Below, piece by piece: positions 1 through 13,047 of a DNA stretch of 59,512 bases (positions within the stretch are counted from its first letter, which is position 1; every line of letters starts with the position of its first letter). The notes beneath the pieces are model-generated. The model saw only the letters and a program-made list of their open reading frames with translations, was not told the DNA's origin and searched no databases. The DNA is taken from NCBI RefSeq assembly GCF_001194135.2, contig NC_068981.1, positions 145,451,287 through 145,510,798 on the forward strand, in the 5' to 3' direction. The translations under genes were made by a program, and so were the position numbers. This DNA comes from Octopus bimaculoides. Lineage: Eukaryota.

Positions 1-215
1 GTGACCTCCGACGTGATTCGAACACGCAGCCCGCTGAGCTGCAATTCCCACTTTCCTATACTGGTGACCCCCGACGTGATTCGAACACGCAGCCCACTGA
101 GCTGCAATAACCCACTTTCTTATAAAGTGGTGATCCGACGAAGAGACAAACGCAGCATGGACTCTGGACTACCAACTTATAACTGGTGAACCCGACTAAA
201 GAACAAATGCGGCCA
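1..215 (-). repeat. Tandem array (4 units, 56-66 bp) of tRNA-Trp 3'-end (CCA-bearing) / primer-binding-site-like sequence
   Basis: Units start TGGTGA(C)CCCGAC at about 1, 62, 128 and 184. Unit 2 (TGGTGACCCCCGACGTGATTCGAACACGCAGCC) is the reverse complement of the eukaryotic tRNA-Trp(CCA) 3' half including the CCA tail. The array is cut by the window edge. Confidence 0.75.
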
Positions 216-1577
216 TGGAGACTGAACTACTAACCAGCATCATCGTCATGACCAACACGATTCTACGATTACTACGCCACCAACATCTCCAACCATAGTC
301 AACACGACTTACTACGTATTACCAACATCAACAAGCGCGGTTCTGACACCTTCGGTGCTTTTAGCGGGACTCACTTCGTTGCAAGCATTCGGTGTAGCTT
401 CCAGTTTGAGAATGATATTCTCCTTCCCCGCTACTAGTATTGACGGTCCAGTCAGAGGTCAGATATTACTTCTTCACCTCACAAAATAATTATTATTCTA
501 AAAAAAAAAAAAATCCACAAAAATTTATAAAATAAAACAGATATCTTAATTTTGCGCCAAAAATCCCTTATGATAAACATACTACCCTTAATACAGAGTA
601 AAAAATGGAATTTTTCCACGGTACAAACAAATATTACTAAAATTTGACAAAGTGGCACTTAAAAATCGAAGATCACCTGCCGGACCAGGCTAAACGACCA
701 CAGTGTAGTGAAGCGTAGTGAGAGAGATAAGTCTTCCCCAACTGAGCACATGTGTAAAGAGATCCAAAAATTTCTCTAACATATTATGTAAGTTAAGGTT
801 CGAGCTCCAAGTGTGTGTGTTTTTTTTTGTTTTTTGTGCATCGAGAGCTGAAAGCCTTTGCTATACTACTGCATCTTAAGAATGTATTATATCATTTCAA
901 ATAAAATATACTATCCGAAACTGAGCGCATTTGATCACCATTTTACAAAATACTGGCTTAAAGGGTCTGAAGTAGTCAAATATATAGGCTAAGTCTTCTA
1001 TCGCTTTCGCTAAATTAAATTTAATGCAATGGTCTTCCTGAAAGACCGTTGTATGGAGTTTAATTAGAAAGCCATTAAAATAAGCAGAGTTTTGCTTTAT
1101 TACAATTCTACTCACGACCAGGATGCATTATAGAGGGACAGATTGATCTTGACAGGTCAAACATTTTATCGCTTAACTATTAATGATTACAGGCAAAGTA
1201 AATTTCGGCGGGATTTCAACTACATTTTATATTGTGTACAAAATTTTATGAGAATAAAATCATTTTCAAAATTTTATTGACTAACGATTAAAAAACAAAT
1301 TAATTGATTTTTTTAAATTTTAAAGAAATGCTTTAAGCGTTCTCATAATGGTCTGACTATATCAAAGGGAGACTACTGATAGAGCACTTGCTAATCGTCA
1401 ACTGTCACTTCGCCACCGCTCAATAGTGTTTTCATTTCAAATATTCCTTAAGTGGTTCATTCCAGCGTGTTTTTTTTCTTCTTTTTGAATGCTAATAAAC
1501 ATTTAAAGATTGCGCTTATTTATATCTGCATACCACTTATTTGAGTTGTTAAAATTCCACCCAAAAATATCAAAATT

Positions 1578-1770
1578 ATGGCCGAGGAAGCTGAGACAGC
1601 ACCCGAGACAGAATCAGAAAATGAGACAAAAATCATAACAGTTTTTGGTGCCACTGGCATGCAAGGTGGGTCTGTTATTAGAGCCCTGTGCCAAGAAAGT
1701 TCAAAGTTTAAAGTAAGAGCAGTAACAAGACATCCAGACGGAGAAAGAGCCCAAGAATTAAAAGAGTTAG
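1578..1770 (+). CDS. NMRAL1: NmrA-like family protein, exon 1
   Basis: MAEEAE...KIITVFGATGMQGGSVIRAL contains the Rossmann GxxGxxG motif. Donor AG|gtacgt at 1771, phase 1. Confidence 0.92.
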
Positions 1771-2929
1771 GTACGTTATTGTGTTTCATTTCACTAAATG
1801 TTCGACCAAATTTAATTTGAAGCAAGCTGTTCAGTTTTTTAATTTCGTATTTTTAACCAAATTCAAATAATGGGAAAATATAATCAAAATACTTCTTATA
1901 TATATCAGAAAAGACTGAACTTTAATTTTTTATAAATGTTTAAAGTGTAATAAATAACTGAAAGAAAAACATTGATGTCGCAAATGAAATTTTAAATCTA
2001 TTTACACTAAAGCCGTTCTTTGTCTCCTGCAATATCTTTGTTTGGGATATTCTAAAGAATAACACTAAAGAACACAGAATAATGTCATTCATCACTAGAC
2101 AAAAAAAAAGCTTTTAATCATTAATTTGAGATATGTGAACGTTTGCCACTCTATAATTATTGTAGAATTTTGTGCAATTTATATAGTTTCAAAGTTACGT
2201 ATTTTAATTTAATTTTTTTTTTTTTTCGTACAAGTTTTACATTTTTCTCACTTTTCTTTTTATCTCGAACTTTTGCCATGATAAATAAATATTTTGACAC
2301 AGGGGATACAAATCTGGCGAAAATGGTTTACAAGTGCGAGTTAGCTTGTCAGTTGGGATATATCGACTTCTAATGGAAGGCTCAATGCCACAAACGTTAT
2401 ACATAAAAAGCAATGAATTAAATATGACTCAAAAGTTGACTAGTATTTGTTTTATCGCCCTCAGAAGTATAAAAAACAAAGTCGACCTTGGCGGGAATTG
2501 AACTTGAGCGTAAAAGGAAAGTAAATAATCGTTTCTGTGGCACATTTCCCTTATCAGGATTTGTTTTAGGAAGACAACTATTGAATGTTTTAGATATTTC
2601 CCTAAAGCTCAGTTCCTATGTTCATAATAAGTTGATAATTAAATGTTATTTCCATTTATTTTATCTATTAATTAATACCATATAACTCAGGACAACCTGC
2701 CCCGTGATCGGCGATTTGAACTGGCTATCCTACCCTATTCGCTTAGTAAGGAGGGGTGTGAAAATGAAACCTGTCTAATGGGCAAAATCCCTCAAACAGA
2801 GAGACCCAACGGCCAACCATATTTTGGGGGAAAACACTACATAATGATACAGATAAATTGAAATAACATACTATTTAATGGTTGATGAGAAGAGAGATAA
2901 GTGAGGTGGGAGTGCTGAAGTGGAGTGAT

Positions 2930-3720
2930 ATGAAACCAGCCACCTCCAAGGAGCAAAGGCTATTCATTAGCAGTGTTAGAAAAGACAAACTGAGGAGTCA
3001 ACGTGCCTGTAAGCCAGAGGCTGAAGGGTGTCTGTAAGTGATTTTTATTTCCATCTGTTGAGTGACCTTTCTAGGATGTCTGTGTGCGCAGCAACAGCAC
3101 CATCCCAGATGTGTAATACTCCATTGTGAGTTTCACCTGAGGTTTGTAGAGTATTAGAGTATTAATAATTGTTGAGACTGAAGTATTATTTGAAGAGACA
3201 GGTTAGTCTTAGCAATGTTAAGGATGTGCTTTCACAAGGAGAGATCTTCATTGCTAGTGGGGCCTCGCATTGGAAGCAGTCATGAGGGCTCCTGTTACTT
3301 GTTAATGGGATTAGGTATAATGTTTTCTTGATATGAGTAGTGTTTGTACATTCTTTTTCTTTTGAAAGAGATACTGTTGGTACATTCCCATTAGAAGATG
3401 TTTAAAAACTTTGACCCTAGAACTAGTGAGGTTTAGTGTGTGGTGTTTTGGTTATATTTCAATAATGTATGGTTTGAGAATGAAGTATAGTTTGTCGAAT
3501 GTTGTTACATGTGACAGCATGTGGGTGATTGGTGAAGGGAAGGAATGAGTCCAGGACAAGACCAGGCCCTATAAGCAGACCAGAGTTGATGCAGTGTATG
3601 ACAGAAAGAACTTCATCAGCACAAAACATGATAGTACATTCTGATCGAAAGCTATTAATAATAGGTTGTCTAGTCAAGGCTTACTTAAAGTTAAACCACA
3701 TCAGCAACAAGAATTTAAAA
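2930..3720 (-). mobile_element. Degenerate CR1/L2-group LINE reverse-transcriptase C-terminal remnant
   Basis: The minus strand gives broken frames such as LYKPQVKLTMEY..WDGAVAAHTDILER and TLQPLAYR, typical of the LINE RT C-terminus. Many stops and frameshifts. Confidence 0.6.
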
Positions 3721-5032
3721 CAACTGCTTCAGTCCTTCAACTTTGTTTGGTATTTTTAGAAATTATTTTTTAAGCATAGAAAATTTAATTGTAAAATATT
3801 TTAAAATAGTAGGGTGTAGTTTTATTTTATTGATCCCTGAATAACAGACAGTAGAGACAGCCTCAGTGTAATTTGAAATCCAAACACAAGGGGACATAAT
3901 TAAAAATTGTTTAGCACATTACTGAATCTGTTAGCTTCTGGTCTTTATCATTGTTATTTTATATTCACCTTTCCATGATGGTATAGGATGGGCAGGTTGT
4001 CAGTCTAAGTCATTTCTTGTCTGGAGTTACTGCCTTCATAGATTCCAATTTTGGCATGATTTTTATAGCTGGATACCTTTATTAATGCCAGCCATTTTAC
4101 ACAGTGTAATGGTTGCAAATTATTAAGGCAGTAGTACTAGAGACGCTGCATTACCCCCAGCACAACTAAGATATCTTCTTTACCCTGTATTCTCCTTTTT
4201 TCCAGGCATCATCACTGAAAGAATGAATAGAAGAGAGAGTGATGGAAAAGAGAATGAGATAAAAGGGGTGGTAGAAATGGAGTAATGGGAATAACAAAGT
4301 GACAGGACAGAGTAATGAAAGAGAGCAAGTGATGGACGTTTATATGCTGGTTGTTCATGAAGAGATTGAATAGAAAAACAGCGTGACTGGTATGATGGGG
4401 AAAGAGAAAGTGATATGAAGGTAACAGGTGTAAGTGAAGAGGAAGTAAAGTAAATGACAGATAAATAGATGTGAACAACAACGAGCAATAGTAGAAGGAT
4501 GATTGTGAGAAAGTGATGAACTCCAATAAAGATGGTTGACAATGCAAAAGAGAAAGCTAGTGATAGCTAGCAATAAATATCAATTATATTTATGAAAACC
4601 TGTTTTATTTGTAATTTGTGGAAAAGTAACTTCAGTAAAAGCATCAAGTGTGGTGTTAAATTGGATGGGGTGTCAGATTTACCACTCTAATATTGAAACA
4701 TAGTTTCTCAAGAAAATTAGGGATCTTGACTTCTAACAAATAGTAACCAAACTTCCATCAAATTTTAGGAAAGAAACGAACACACTGACTAATAAGAAAA
4801 TCTTGCCCACTAAAGAGATAGCTTAATCACTGCTAGAATACCTTTGATCATGGGATTGTTTGCTTGTTTTAAGCTGACCACATTTATAGATCTAATTCAT
4901 GTTTATTATATCATTATAATTTTACATATTCAAACCAGTCATATCTAACCCAAATATTCTGTTTTATGTTGAAACTGGCCAGATTTGGCCTGTCACACAT
5001 GCCCTAAAGTGTCATTTTAAAATATATATATA

Positions 5033-5440
5033 CTATCATCATCATCATCATCATCGTTTAACATCTACCTTCCATGCTGACATAAGGGGATGGTTTGACA
5101 GGAGCCAGCTAGGTAGAAGCCTGCACCAGACTTCTGTAACTGTTTTAGCAGGATTTTTACAGCTGGATACCCTTCCTAACACCAACCACTCAACAGAATG
5201 GACTTAGTGCTTTTTATGTGGCACAAGCACAGGCGAAGTGAGTTTTGGTGAGGTTTTTACAGCTGGATGCCCTTCCAAATGCCAGCCACTTTACAGTGTT
5301 GACTGGGTACTTTTAAGTGGTACCTGCACTGACAGGGTCACCAAGTACTTGCAGGACAAAAAAAAAACTCTTTTGAGAAGGGAGGGGACATTGGAGGAGG
5401 TGATCTTGTGTCAGATGATGAAAGGTTATAGTTAGGCAGA
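5033..5440 (-). mobile_element. SINE family A (tail gcatggaaagcggacgttaaacg-(ATG)n)
   Basis: (CAT)n tail followed by cgtttaacatc..ttccatgc and the ctggatgcccttcc core, which recur more than 10 times in the window. Confidence 0.8.
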
Positions 5441-5899
5441 GAGACAGAAACAGGTGTCTTGCTGTAGAGGAGGTACAAAGTTACCTGGCCAGAGAGAGAG
5501 GGAGATCAGAAATGAAGGCAGAAACAGGTGCAGTACCGCAAAGGAAATACATGATTACCTAACCTGAGGAAAGTGCAAGAGAAGGAGAGAGAGGAAGACA
5601 GCAGGATAGAGATGGTGACAAAGTGCCGGGCATACACAGTGATACAGTAAGACAGGGCATGGGTAGAACAGGTCAGAAGCTAGCAGATAGCAGTGATACA
5701 GTTGCACAGAGCCAAGCGGACAGGATTGGGGAGTGGGAAGTAAGCCGAGTGCATGAAGTGGAAATGTGAGGAAAAGAAGAGATGTAGTTTGGTTTGTTGT
5801 GGTAGAGTGTGTGAGAAATTTTCCTAAGTGTTTGTGGGACACATAGTACTTCTAGAATTCAGTTTCACTGACGTGAGTGGATCTTCTCAAGAACTTCAT

Positions 5900-6540
5900 A
5901 TGGCTAGACGTCTTGGTCCATTGTCTTTTCCTCCATGAGGTCTAACATCCTGAGATCAGTCCTTACTACTTCATCATATGTCTTCCTGGGTCTCCCTCTT
6001 CTGCGGATACCATCTACTTTCAGTGATCGACACTACTTTATGCAGCTGTCCTCATTCATATGCCTCACATGTCCAAACCAACGTAGTCTTCTCTCTTGCA
6101 TGCTACATTGGATTCCTCTTATGCCCAACTTTTCTCTCAATACATTTGCACTTTGTCATACATGTATACTGATGTTGTACATCCAATGGAGCATACTACC
6201 TTCATTCCTCTCTAGTCTATGCATGTCATCTACATTCAGAGCCCATGTCTCACTACCATGTAGTATAGCCATTTGCATACAAGCATCATATAGCCTACCT
6301 TTCACTCTGAGAGAAAGTCCTTTTGTTGCCAACAGAGATAATAGCTCTCAGAACTTCCTCCACCCAATTCTTATTCTAGAAACAATACTTTCAGAAGATC
6401 CTCCACCATTGTTAATTTGGTCACCTAGGCAACAGAAACGATCTACAACCTCAAGAGAGCTTCTTGAGCATTAAGACGACTTACCTGTTAATCTACCAAT
6501 GATTCCACTGCACCTCATATCCATAGTTTACACTGGGTAC
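5900..6540 (-). mobile_element. RTE-clade LINE remnant (RT C-terminus)
   Basis: The minus strand reads VVDRFCCLGDQI...LHGSETWAL...MQERRLRWFGH...GRPRKTY. The 179-aa plus-strand ORF is its antisense shadow. Confidence 0.85.
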
Positions 6541-6843
6541 AGCGAGTGGAATTTCTTCCAACTCCTTTCCTACATATTCAGCAGAGCCATTTACCCGACA
6601 GAAAAAGAGTTTTATCTTCTTTCTTACTAACAACTTTGGTCTTTACTAGGCTAACTTTAAGGCCCTTTGATTCCAGGTTTTGTTTCCATATCTGCAATTT
6701 CTTCTCCAATTCTGCTGAAATCTTGAAGCTATGAGATGATGCATGACTAATTCAAAACAATGTGAATAAATTAGCCTTACATTTGAGCGTTATCAGAATG
6801 CCAAAAGCTTAAATATTTTCCATTTTTTTGCATGTGTTCACAG

Positions 6844-6971
6844 GTTGTGAAGTAGTTGAAGGAGATTATGAAGAATGTGACTTGATCAGAGACTGTCTAA
6901 AAGGAGCATGGGGATGTTTTGCTGTCACAGATTACTTTGAAACAATGGATAAATCTTGTGAAGTGCAACAA
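6844..6971 (+). CDS. NMRAL1: NmrA-like family protein, exon 2
   Basis: ttcacag|GT TGT GAA...CAA CAA|gtaagc; GCEVVEGDY...GAWGCFAVTDYFE; 128 nt restores phase 0. Confidence 0.92.
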
Positions 6972-7329
6972 GTAAGCAATATCAACTTTTCCTCTATGTA
7001 TACAGTTCTCCTCCTTTCATTTTGCTGAGGATCAGTGTTGTTAAAAGCATATATGGGAGCTTTTCTGTAGTCACTCAAGCCAGCTAGAAATATCACTCAG
7101 ATGTTCTTCACTTCACATCTGCTGTCTTTAAGTAATAAGGAAACATTCGACCATATGATATTATAACACATGGATGAAAGTTATTATGGTCACTGATTGA
7201 ACACCTTTTGATTACAGATCCATTCTAAAGGGGCTGACCTAGAACTCAACTGTAAAAATACTGTATGGTATTAAGTCATCCTTTGGGAGGAATAATTCTT
7301 GGAATTGAAAATTATAATTATTGGATTCA

Positions 7330-7700
7330 ATTGGTTATTGATAGGGACAATACTTCTCGGCCAGTTCTGCTGCATGGTACCTTGGGCAAGTGTATTTTAC
7401 TAGAGCCTTGGGCCAACCAGATCCTTGTGAGTGGATTTGGCTGACAGAAACTGAAAGAAGCGCATTGTGCGTGTATGCATGCGTCTTTGTTTGCTCCCTC
7501 CACTGCTTGATAACTGGTGTTGGTGTGTTTATGCCTTCATAACTTAGTAGTTCAGCAAAAGAGACCAATAGAATAAGTACCAGGCTTCCAAAAAAAACAA
7601 AAAAAAAGCACTGGAGTCAATTCTTCGAACTAAAATTCTTCAAGGTGGTGCCCCAGCATGGCCACAGTATAATGACTGAAACAAGTAAAAGGTAAAAGAT
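7330..7700 (+). mobile_element. tRNA-derived SINE family B
   Basis: Motifs cttgggcaagtg, ccttgtgagtggatttgg, gaaactgaaagaagc and ccccagcatggccacag are shared with many other copies. Confidence 0.8.
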
Positions 7701-8389
7701 AACAGCTGCTTATATTTGAAGAAATTTTATGTCTCAAATATTTGATGCAAAAATATTCAAAAACCTTTTGCATTTAACTTTGCCTTGCAGCACAGATGTG
7801 GCTGTGTGGTTAAGAAGCTTGCTTCCTAACCATGTCATCTTGAGCTCAATGCCCCTGTGTGACACCTGAAGTAATGTCTTCCACTATACCCTCGGGCCAG
7901 CCAAAGCCTCATGAGTGGATATGGTAGACAGAAAGAAGACGCTTGTCATATATCTCACCATGTCAAGACAAGTACATAGAAACACACACAAACACAGGCA
8001 TAAACATTACACAATATATATATTTATGTATTTGTATGTACCCTTGTATTGACATCACACGATTATTATATATTAGCATCATCATACAAGTTATGGTGTT
8101 TGTTTCCAGTGTTCCATGAAAACCATGTCTGGTTATCTTGCCTGGAAACAGGTGAGGGTTGGCAACAGAAAGGGCATCCAGCCATAGAAAATGTCTCAAC
8201 AAATTCCATGTTCCCCATGCAACCCTGGAAAAAGTGGACATTAAATGATGATGATTGTCTTTTGTATGTTAAATATTTCATGAGTAAATTTTTCAGAAAC
8301 ATTTTGCATCTAACTTTGTCATGGTTTCATGTATATATGAAGATACAATAAAAGAAATCTATTCTATAATTCATTGTTACTCTTTGCAG

Positions 8390-8633
8390 GGGAAGAACAT
8401 TATAAACACATGTTGTGAACTGAAGGTTAACCATGTTGTCTACAGTGGTTTAGAAAGTGCAGTTCGCATCAGTGGCCTAGTGTGCGATCACTTTGATGGC
8501 AAAGCTGAAGTTGAAGAATATATAAAAAATAGCGGAGTTAATAAGTACACCATTATCCGACTACCATGGTATTACGAAAATCTTTATGAAAACACTCCTC
8601 CACAGAAAATATCAGAGAATAAGTATAAACTAC
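8390..8633 (+). CDS. NMRAL1: NmrA-like family protein, exon 3
   Basis: ttgcag|GGG AAG...CTA C|gtaagt; contains VVYSGLE, the NMRAL1 motif HFDGKAEVEEY and RLPWYYEN. Confidence 0.95.
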
Positions 8634-8699
8634 GTAAGTAACCAAAACCCATCAGCTATAAAATTCTTTATTCGTTTTGTATTTTATTATATTTATATA

Positions 8700-9072
8700 T
8701 TGTTGTTGTTGGAACTCCATCGCTTACGACGTCGAGGGTTCCAGTCGATCCGATCAACGGAACAGCCTGCTCGTGAAATTAACGTGCAAGTGGCTGAGCA
8801 ATCCACAGACACGTGTACCTTTAACGTAGTTCTCGGGGATATTCAGCGTGACACGGTGTGACAAGGCTGACCCTTTGAATTACAGGAAGTAAGAGTGAGA
8901 GAAAGTTGTGGTGAAAGAGTACAGCAGGGTTCACCACCATCCCCTGCCAGAGCCTCGTGGAGCTTTTAGGTGTTTTCGCTCAATAAACACTCATAACGCC
9001 CGGTCTGGGAATCAAAACCGCGATCCTATGACCGTGAGTCCGCTGCCCTAACCACTGGGCCATTGCACCTCC
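8700..9072 (-). mobile_element. tRNA-headed SINE with (CAA)n tail
   Basis: The minus-strand head GGAGGTGCAATGGCCCAGTGGTTAGGGCAGCGGACTC...GGTTTTGATTCCC has A- and B-box-like sequence; the tail is (aac)n. Confidence 0.85.
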
Positions 9073-10443
9073 GCTATACTTATATAATCACCTTGTAATT
9101 GTTGCTGTTTCCATGAACTAATGGACCTCCTCACACGAGCCTGTATGTTATAAAGTGTAAATTGTATTGGTCCTTCAGAGAATTCTGAAGGTTAAGATTT
9201 TACATCCAGCCAAATGGCATAAAGATTTGTATCACTCAATATCTTTACTTATTGTCTAAGGTCATTTAAGCCTGCCATATCTAGCCCAAATATTCTTGCT
9301 TTATGCACAAACTGCTCAGGTAGAACTCTCAATTGACAATCTGGCCCTGGGAGACGAATTCTCAATGCACAATACCATGGATGTCAAAAAAAATTTTTAA
9401 AACCTTGAGCTGCAGTTCTGTTGTGCCTTCTTCAGTCGTGGAGATGGAGGGCTCTTCCATTGTGACTACTGCTGCTCCATCTCAGGGCCCAACTCTCATC
9501 ACCTGTGATGACCCTTGACATGAAGGCTTGTTCATCAGCAGCATACTGACAGCGATCTTCGACACAATGTTCTTGCTGCTCATTAGTTAGTAGGCGGGCG
9601 AAAAACTTGATAGAGATTCATCATGTTTAATTCAGACCAACACCAGCAATGTCATTGATCATCCTCCAACGATCCTAATGCAGAAACTGTTAAATGTTCT
9701 CCACATTTCAATGGGTGATGCTTATGGCAGGTCTTCCAGATCGCTCATTGTCTCCCAGGGACATACTTCCACTTTTAAAGTGCCCATATAACTCATTACC
9801 TCATTGCCAAAGCATGCTCAATGTATTTTTAGCAGACTTCACCAATTTAATGCCAAATTTCATGTTGGCTCTTTGTTCCAACTTCAACAAAATTGCAGAC
9901 TACAGTATACACGTGATCACAAAAACACAAGTTTTATAACTTGCAAAGTAAACACAGTGATGTCACTCGGTACACAACTAGCTTTCACTGCGCATGCAAC
10001 CATGTGCTGCCATCTGTTGGTATGCTATAGAACTAGTCCAGTAACTTTTTGACACCACCTCATAGCAGTGCAACAAAAGAGACTGATAGAATAAGTACAA
10101 GGCTTTTAAAAAAACAAAGTACTGGATCGATTCATTGGATTAAAAATTCTTCAAAATGGTGCCCCAGCATGGTCAGTGTTTGTTTTCATGATCAGTTATA
10201 ATAAAAACAATTTTACTTTAATCCGAAACTTAATGACACTAACTTTGGGCCAGGAAACTAGCCCCATGTGTCCTAGGGCTTGAGACAGCAATGTCCTGAG
10301 TATTCACTCTGTTACTTGGTAATAAATACTTAGTGTGTAGCACCTGTTTATATTTTCCCTTTTGGGTTCTAAATTACAATTCTGTACATTTTGTTTTAAA
10401 TTTTGGATTCAGTCATAAGCTAATAAGGTTCTTTATTATTCAG

Positions 10444-10637
10444 CAATTCCAATTGGCAACTCTTATATGTATGGAATCAGTGTGGATGAAATTGGTGAAT
10501 GTATTCATTCAATATTCATGAATTCAGAGAAATACCATAAGAAAACAATTGGATTGGCAGCAGATCAGTTCCTTATACATACTTGTTGTAAGATCCTAAC
10601 AAAGCATCTTAGTCCACTAGAATTCGTCCATGCCCAG
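10444..10637 (+). CDS. NMRAL1: NmrA-like family protein, exon 4
   Basis: ttcag|CA ATT CCA...GCC CAG|gtgagt; PIPIGNSYMYGISVDEIG...KTIGLAAD; phases 1 to 0 fit. Confidence 0.92.
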
Positions 10638-11050
10638 GTGAGTGAAATTAAAAATTTGATTTCTATTTTATGAGTTCCTGAGTCAATAGAACTACAATAA
10701 GGTGTCTTAAATATTTCATTTTATCCTGTGATACACTGATGTTTGTGTGTATGTATAGGTAAAAAAAACACCTTCGGTCATGAATGACCATGAGATTGCA
10801 CCTAGGAAGTTCCCCTCCAAGTAACAAGTCTGGGCAAGGTTGTTTATGGAAGATCAGTAGTTGCCCATGCAGACCAGCCTCTTCTCTCCACACCACCAAT
10901 GTTATCCAAGGTAAGGCAAAGGCTGATACAGCTTGGCACCAGTGGTATCGCAACTCATTTCTACATCTGAGTGAACTGGAGTATTTTGCTCAACTCAACA
11001 CACAGCCCTGTCCAAGAATTGAACTCACTGCTTCATAATATATATATATA

Positions 11051-12010
11051 CTAGCAGAGGCACCTAGTACTGAAATTTTTCCTTATATATCGGAAGAAAA
11101 ATGCAAAGAAATTTGTTATTCTAAATTCTTCAATTGGAAAGTCAATTATGCATTCATAATACAAAAGCAAAAAATAATAAAAATGAAAACTTTTATGTAG
11201 GGAGATAAATTTTATCACATATGTTGAAGGCAATTACATAAGAGCTTCTGAGTAAACAACATTCATTCTCTGGTTTGGAGCATAGACAAATAAGTCTTGC
11301 AAACTACCAACCCTGGAGCAACCAACATAAAGTTGACCACGGGAAAAGCAAGGCTCAATTAAGTGTAAGCCAGTAGATTTCAAAGTCTGACTTTGAGCTT
11401 TATCAATAGACATTGCGAAGCAAACTTGCATTGGGAATTTTGTTCGTTTGAACGGAATGAAAATGTCTTTCCCAGAAGCACATACAGTAATGATAGTAGC
11501 TTCTTTCACATTAGGTAATAATCTTTTCACAATCAACCTTGTCCCATTGCATAATTTAGGACTCCTACCTTCAGAAAAAGTTTGTGGAGTTCCAAGTTAC
11601 TCAAGAGAATTAAGGAACTCTGTTGGATAATGGACAGCTTTATTTTCAAGGACTGAATCAATGATTTGTACTCCTTAATGGAAACCCCTTTTGAACCTGT
11701 ATAATTCAAAATGACGTGAACAAATAAGCACTGAATTCTACTGATTAATCTGAACACTAATGGGCTAAGTCCTCATCATGTTTCATCCAAAGTTGTAGGG
11801 GACTGCCAAGTTGACACATGTCCGGTATAATTGCAAAAAGGTTAGTTTCCTTGGAGAATCTGATACTTATGCTTCAGAAAACTTTGTTGATAGCACGTTT
11901 CTATAAGTTTCACACGTGTGACCAACTACCTCCTCAAATCTTAGAATACTTGGCTTGCAGGGAACACTAAACTTTTGCAAGAGCGTCAAGTGTTTCCTTG
12001 TGCCATTTAT
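11051..12010 (-). mobile_element. Helitron 3' remnant (PIF1-like helicase C-terminus)
   Basis: ORF 11234-11536 has FPMQVCFAMSIDKAQSQTL..FSRGQLYVGCSRV..NVVYSEAL. The element ends in CTAG followed by T at 11051, with a weak hairpin just upstream. The 5' extent is uncertain. Confidence 0.85.
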
Positions 12011-12682
12011 TGTTTCTTCAGGTGTAATAATTGGCTAATTGTGGATAAAGGAGTTCTCCAGTTGTAAACCTGTTTGTTTTGTAAAGGTTTTGACTCATTC
12101 TTGTCACTAACTCAATAATTTACTTCCCACCACTATCTCATTGACTCTGGCTACTAGTTTATCCTGGCTTACAATTGAATCACTCATGTAAACTTAAGTT
12201 ATTCAGCTTCCCTGACACTTGCAGGCCATGTCTTGTTACTTGTCAGCAGTCGTTCTACTACTAAATAAATTAGTTATACTTAAACTGCATCTTTACTGTT
12301 ACATTGACTTTCCACATTACTTACCTATTGCTTTAGTAATGTGCTAAGAGGCATCAGTTATATTGTGCAAGTATGTTAATGATGTATATGGAGGTGAAGA
12401 CAGCTGCATAAATGCCGATCTCTAATTGTGAATGTTGAACTTGTTTTAAACGGGGGCCACTGTTTCAGTTATACACATATTCATTGACTTACATTTCAAG
12501 AGAAACGATTTGCATATGGACTGTAACAAAAGTTGTCAAGCAAAAATCTGACACTGCACTCAGTAACAAGCATAAGGACTAGGTTATTCCCCTTGAACCT
12601 ATGTTTCTCTTATTTAGTTGAGTGGCTACAGCTCTCTTCATGACCCATTATAGCTGAATTTAAAACCTTTGTCTACTTCCAG

Positions 12683-12904
12683 ATTTCTTGTGATGAATAT
12701 GAAGATCAGAATCAGAGTATTCCAGGTGTAAAAGAGCTGTCAAATATGTTCCGGTTTTATAAGCAAGCACGCAGTGACCGTAATATAGAAGAATCTCGAG
12801 AACTGAATCCTAAACTTTCAAATTTGGATGACTGGGTGAAGCAGAACAAAGAGAAATTGCTAAAAGCCCTTGAAGAAAATGATAAACTAACTGCAGAGAG
12901 CTAG
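12683..12904 (+). CDS. NMRAL1: NmrA-like family protein, exon 5 (stop)
   Basis: ttccag|ATT TCT...GAG AGC TAG; PGVKELSNMFRFY...LNPKLSNLDDWVKQNKE. Total CDS is 981 nt (326 aa). Confidence 0.92.
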   Translation: MSCDEYEDQNQSIPGVKELSNMFRFYKQARSDRNIEESRELNPKLSNLDDWVKQNKEKLLKALEENDKLTAES

Positions 12905-12910
12905 TTTAAT
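12905..12910 (-). terminator. Candidate polyadenylation signal ATTAAA for NOP58
   Basis: Top strand tttaat. It is the first AATAAA/ATTAAA-type hexamer downstream of the NOP58 stop; weaker TATAAA variants lie near 12984-13002. Confidence 0.45.
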
Positions 12911-12963
12911 CACCTTGACTGGTTCTCAAAAAGAAAAGGCATGTAAAAATATTTTGTGATGCC

Positions 12964-12969
12964 AATAAA
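12964..12969 (+). terminator. Polyadenylation signal AATAAA for the NmrA-like gene
   Basis: Canonical hexamer 60 nt after the TAG. Confidence 0.65.
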
Positions 12970-13047
12970 AACCCAAAAGTGTTTTTATAAAAAAATTTTA
13001 TAGATATTTATATATACAAGTCCAGATCTTATCACAGAACGGAATAA

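Noticed and set aside
1-240. CRISPR-like repeat-spacer appearance
   Set aside because: The inter-repeat segments of units 1 and 2 are nearly identical, the repeat is tRNA-derived, the context is eukaryotic and there are no cas genes.
226-495. ATG-less Ser/Thr-rich open frame after the tRNA-like array
   Set aside because: No start codon or splice signals, and no gag or other recognisable motif.
4180-4573. Three overlapping hydrophobic minus-strand ORFs
   Set aside because: They are a by-product of a purine-rich plus strand with few stop codons on the complement; no homology or splice structure.
5935-6474. 179-aa plus-strand ORF
   Set aside because: Antisense shadow of the RTE reverse-transcriptase remnant.
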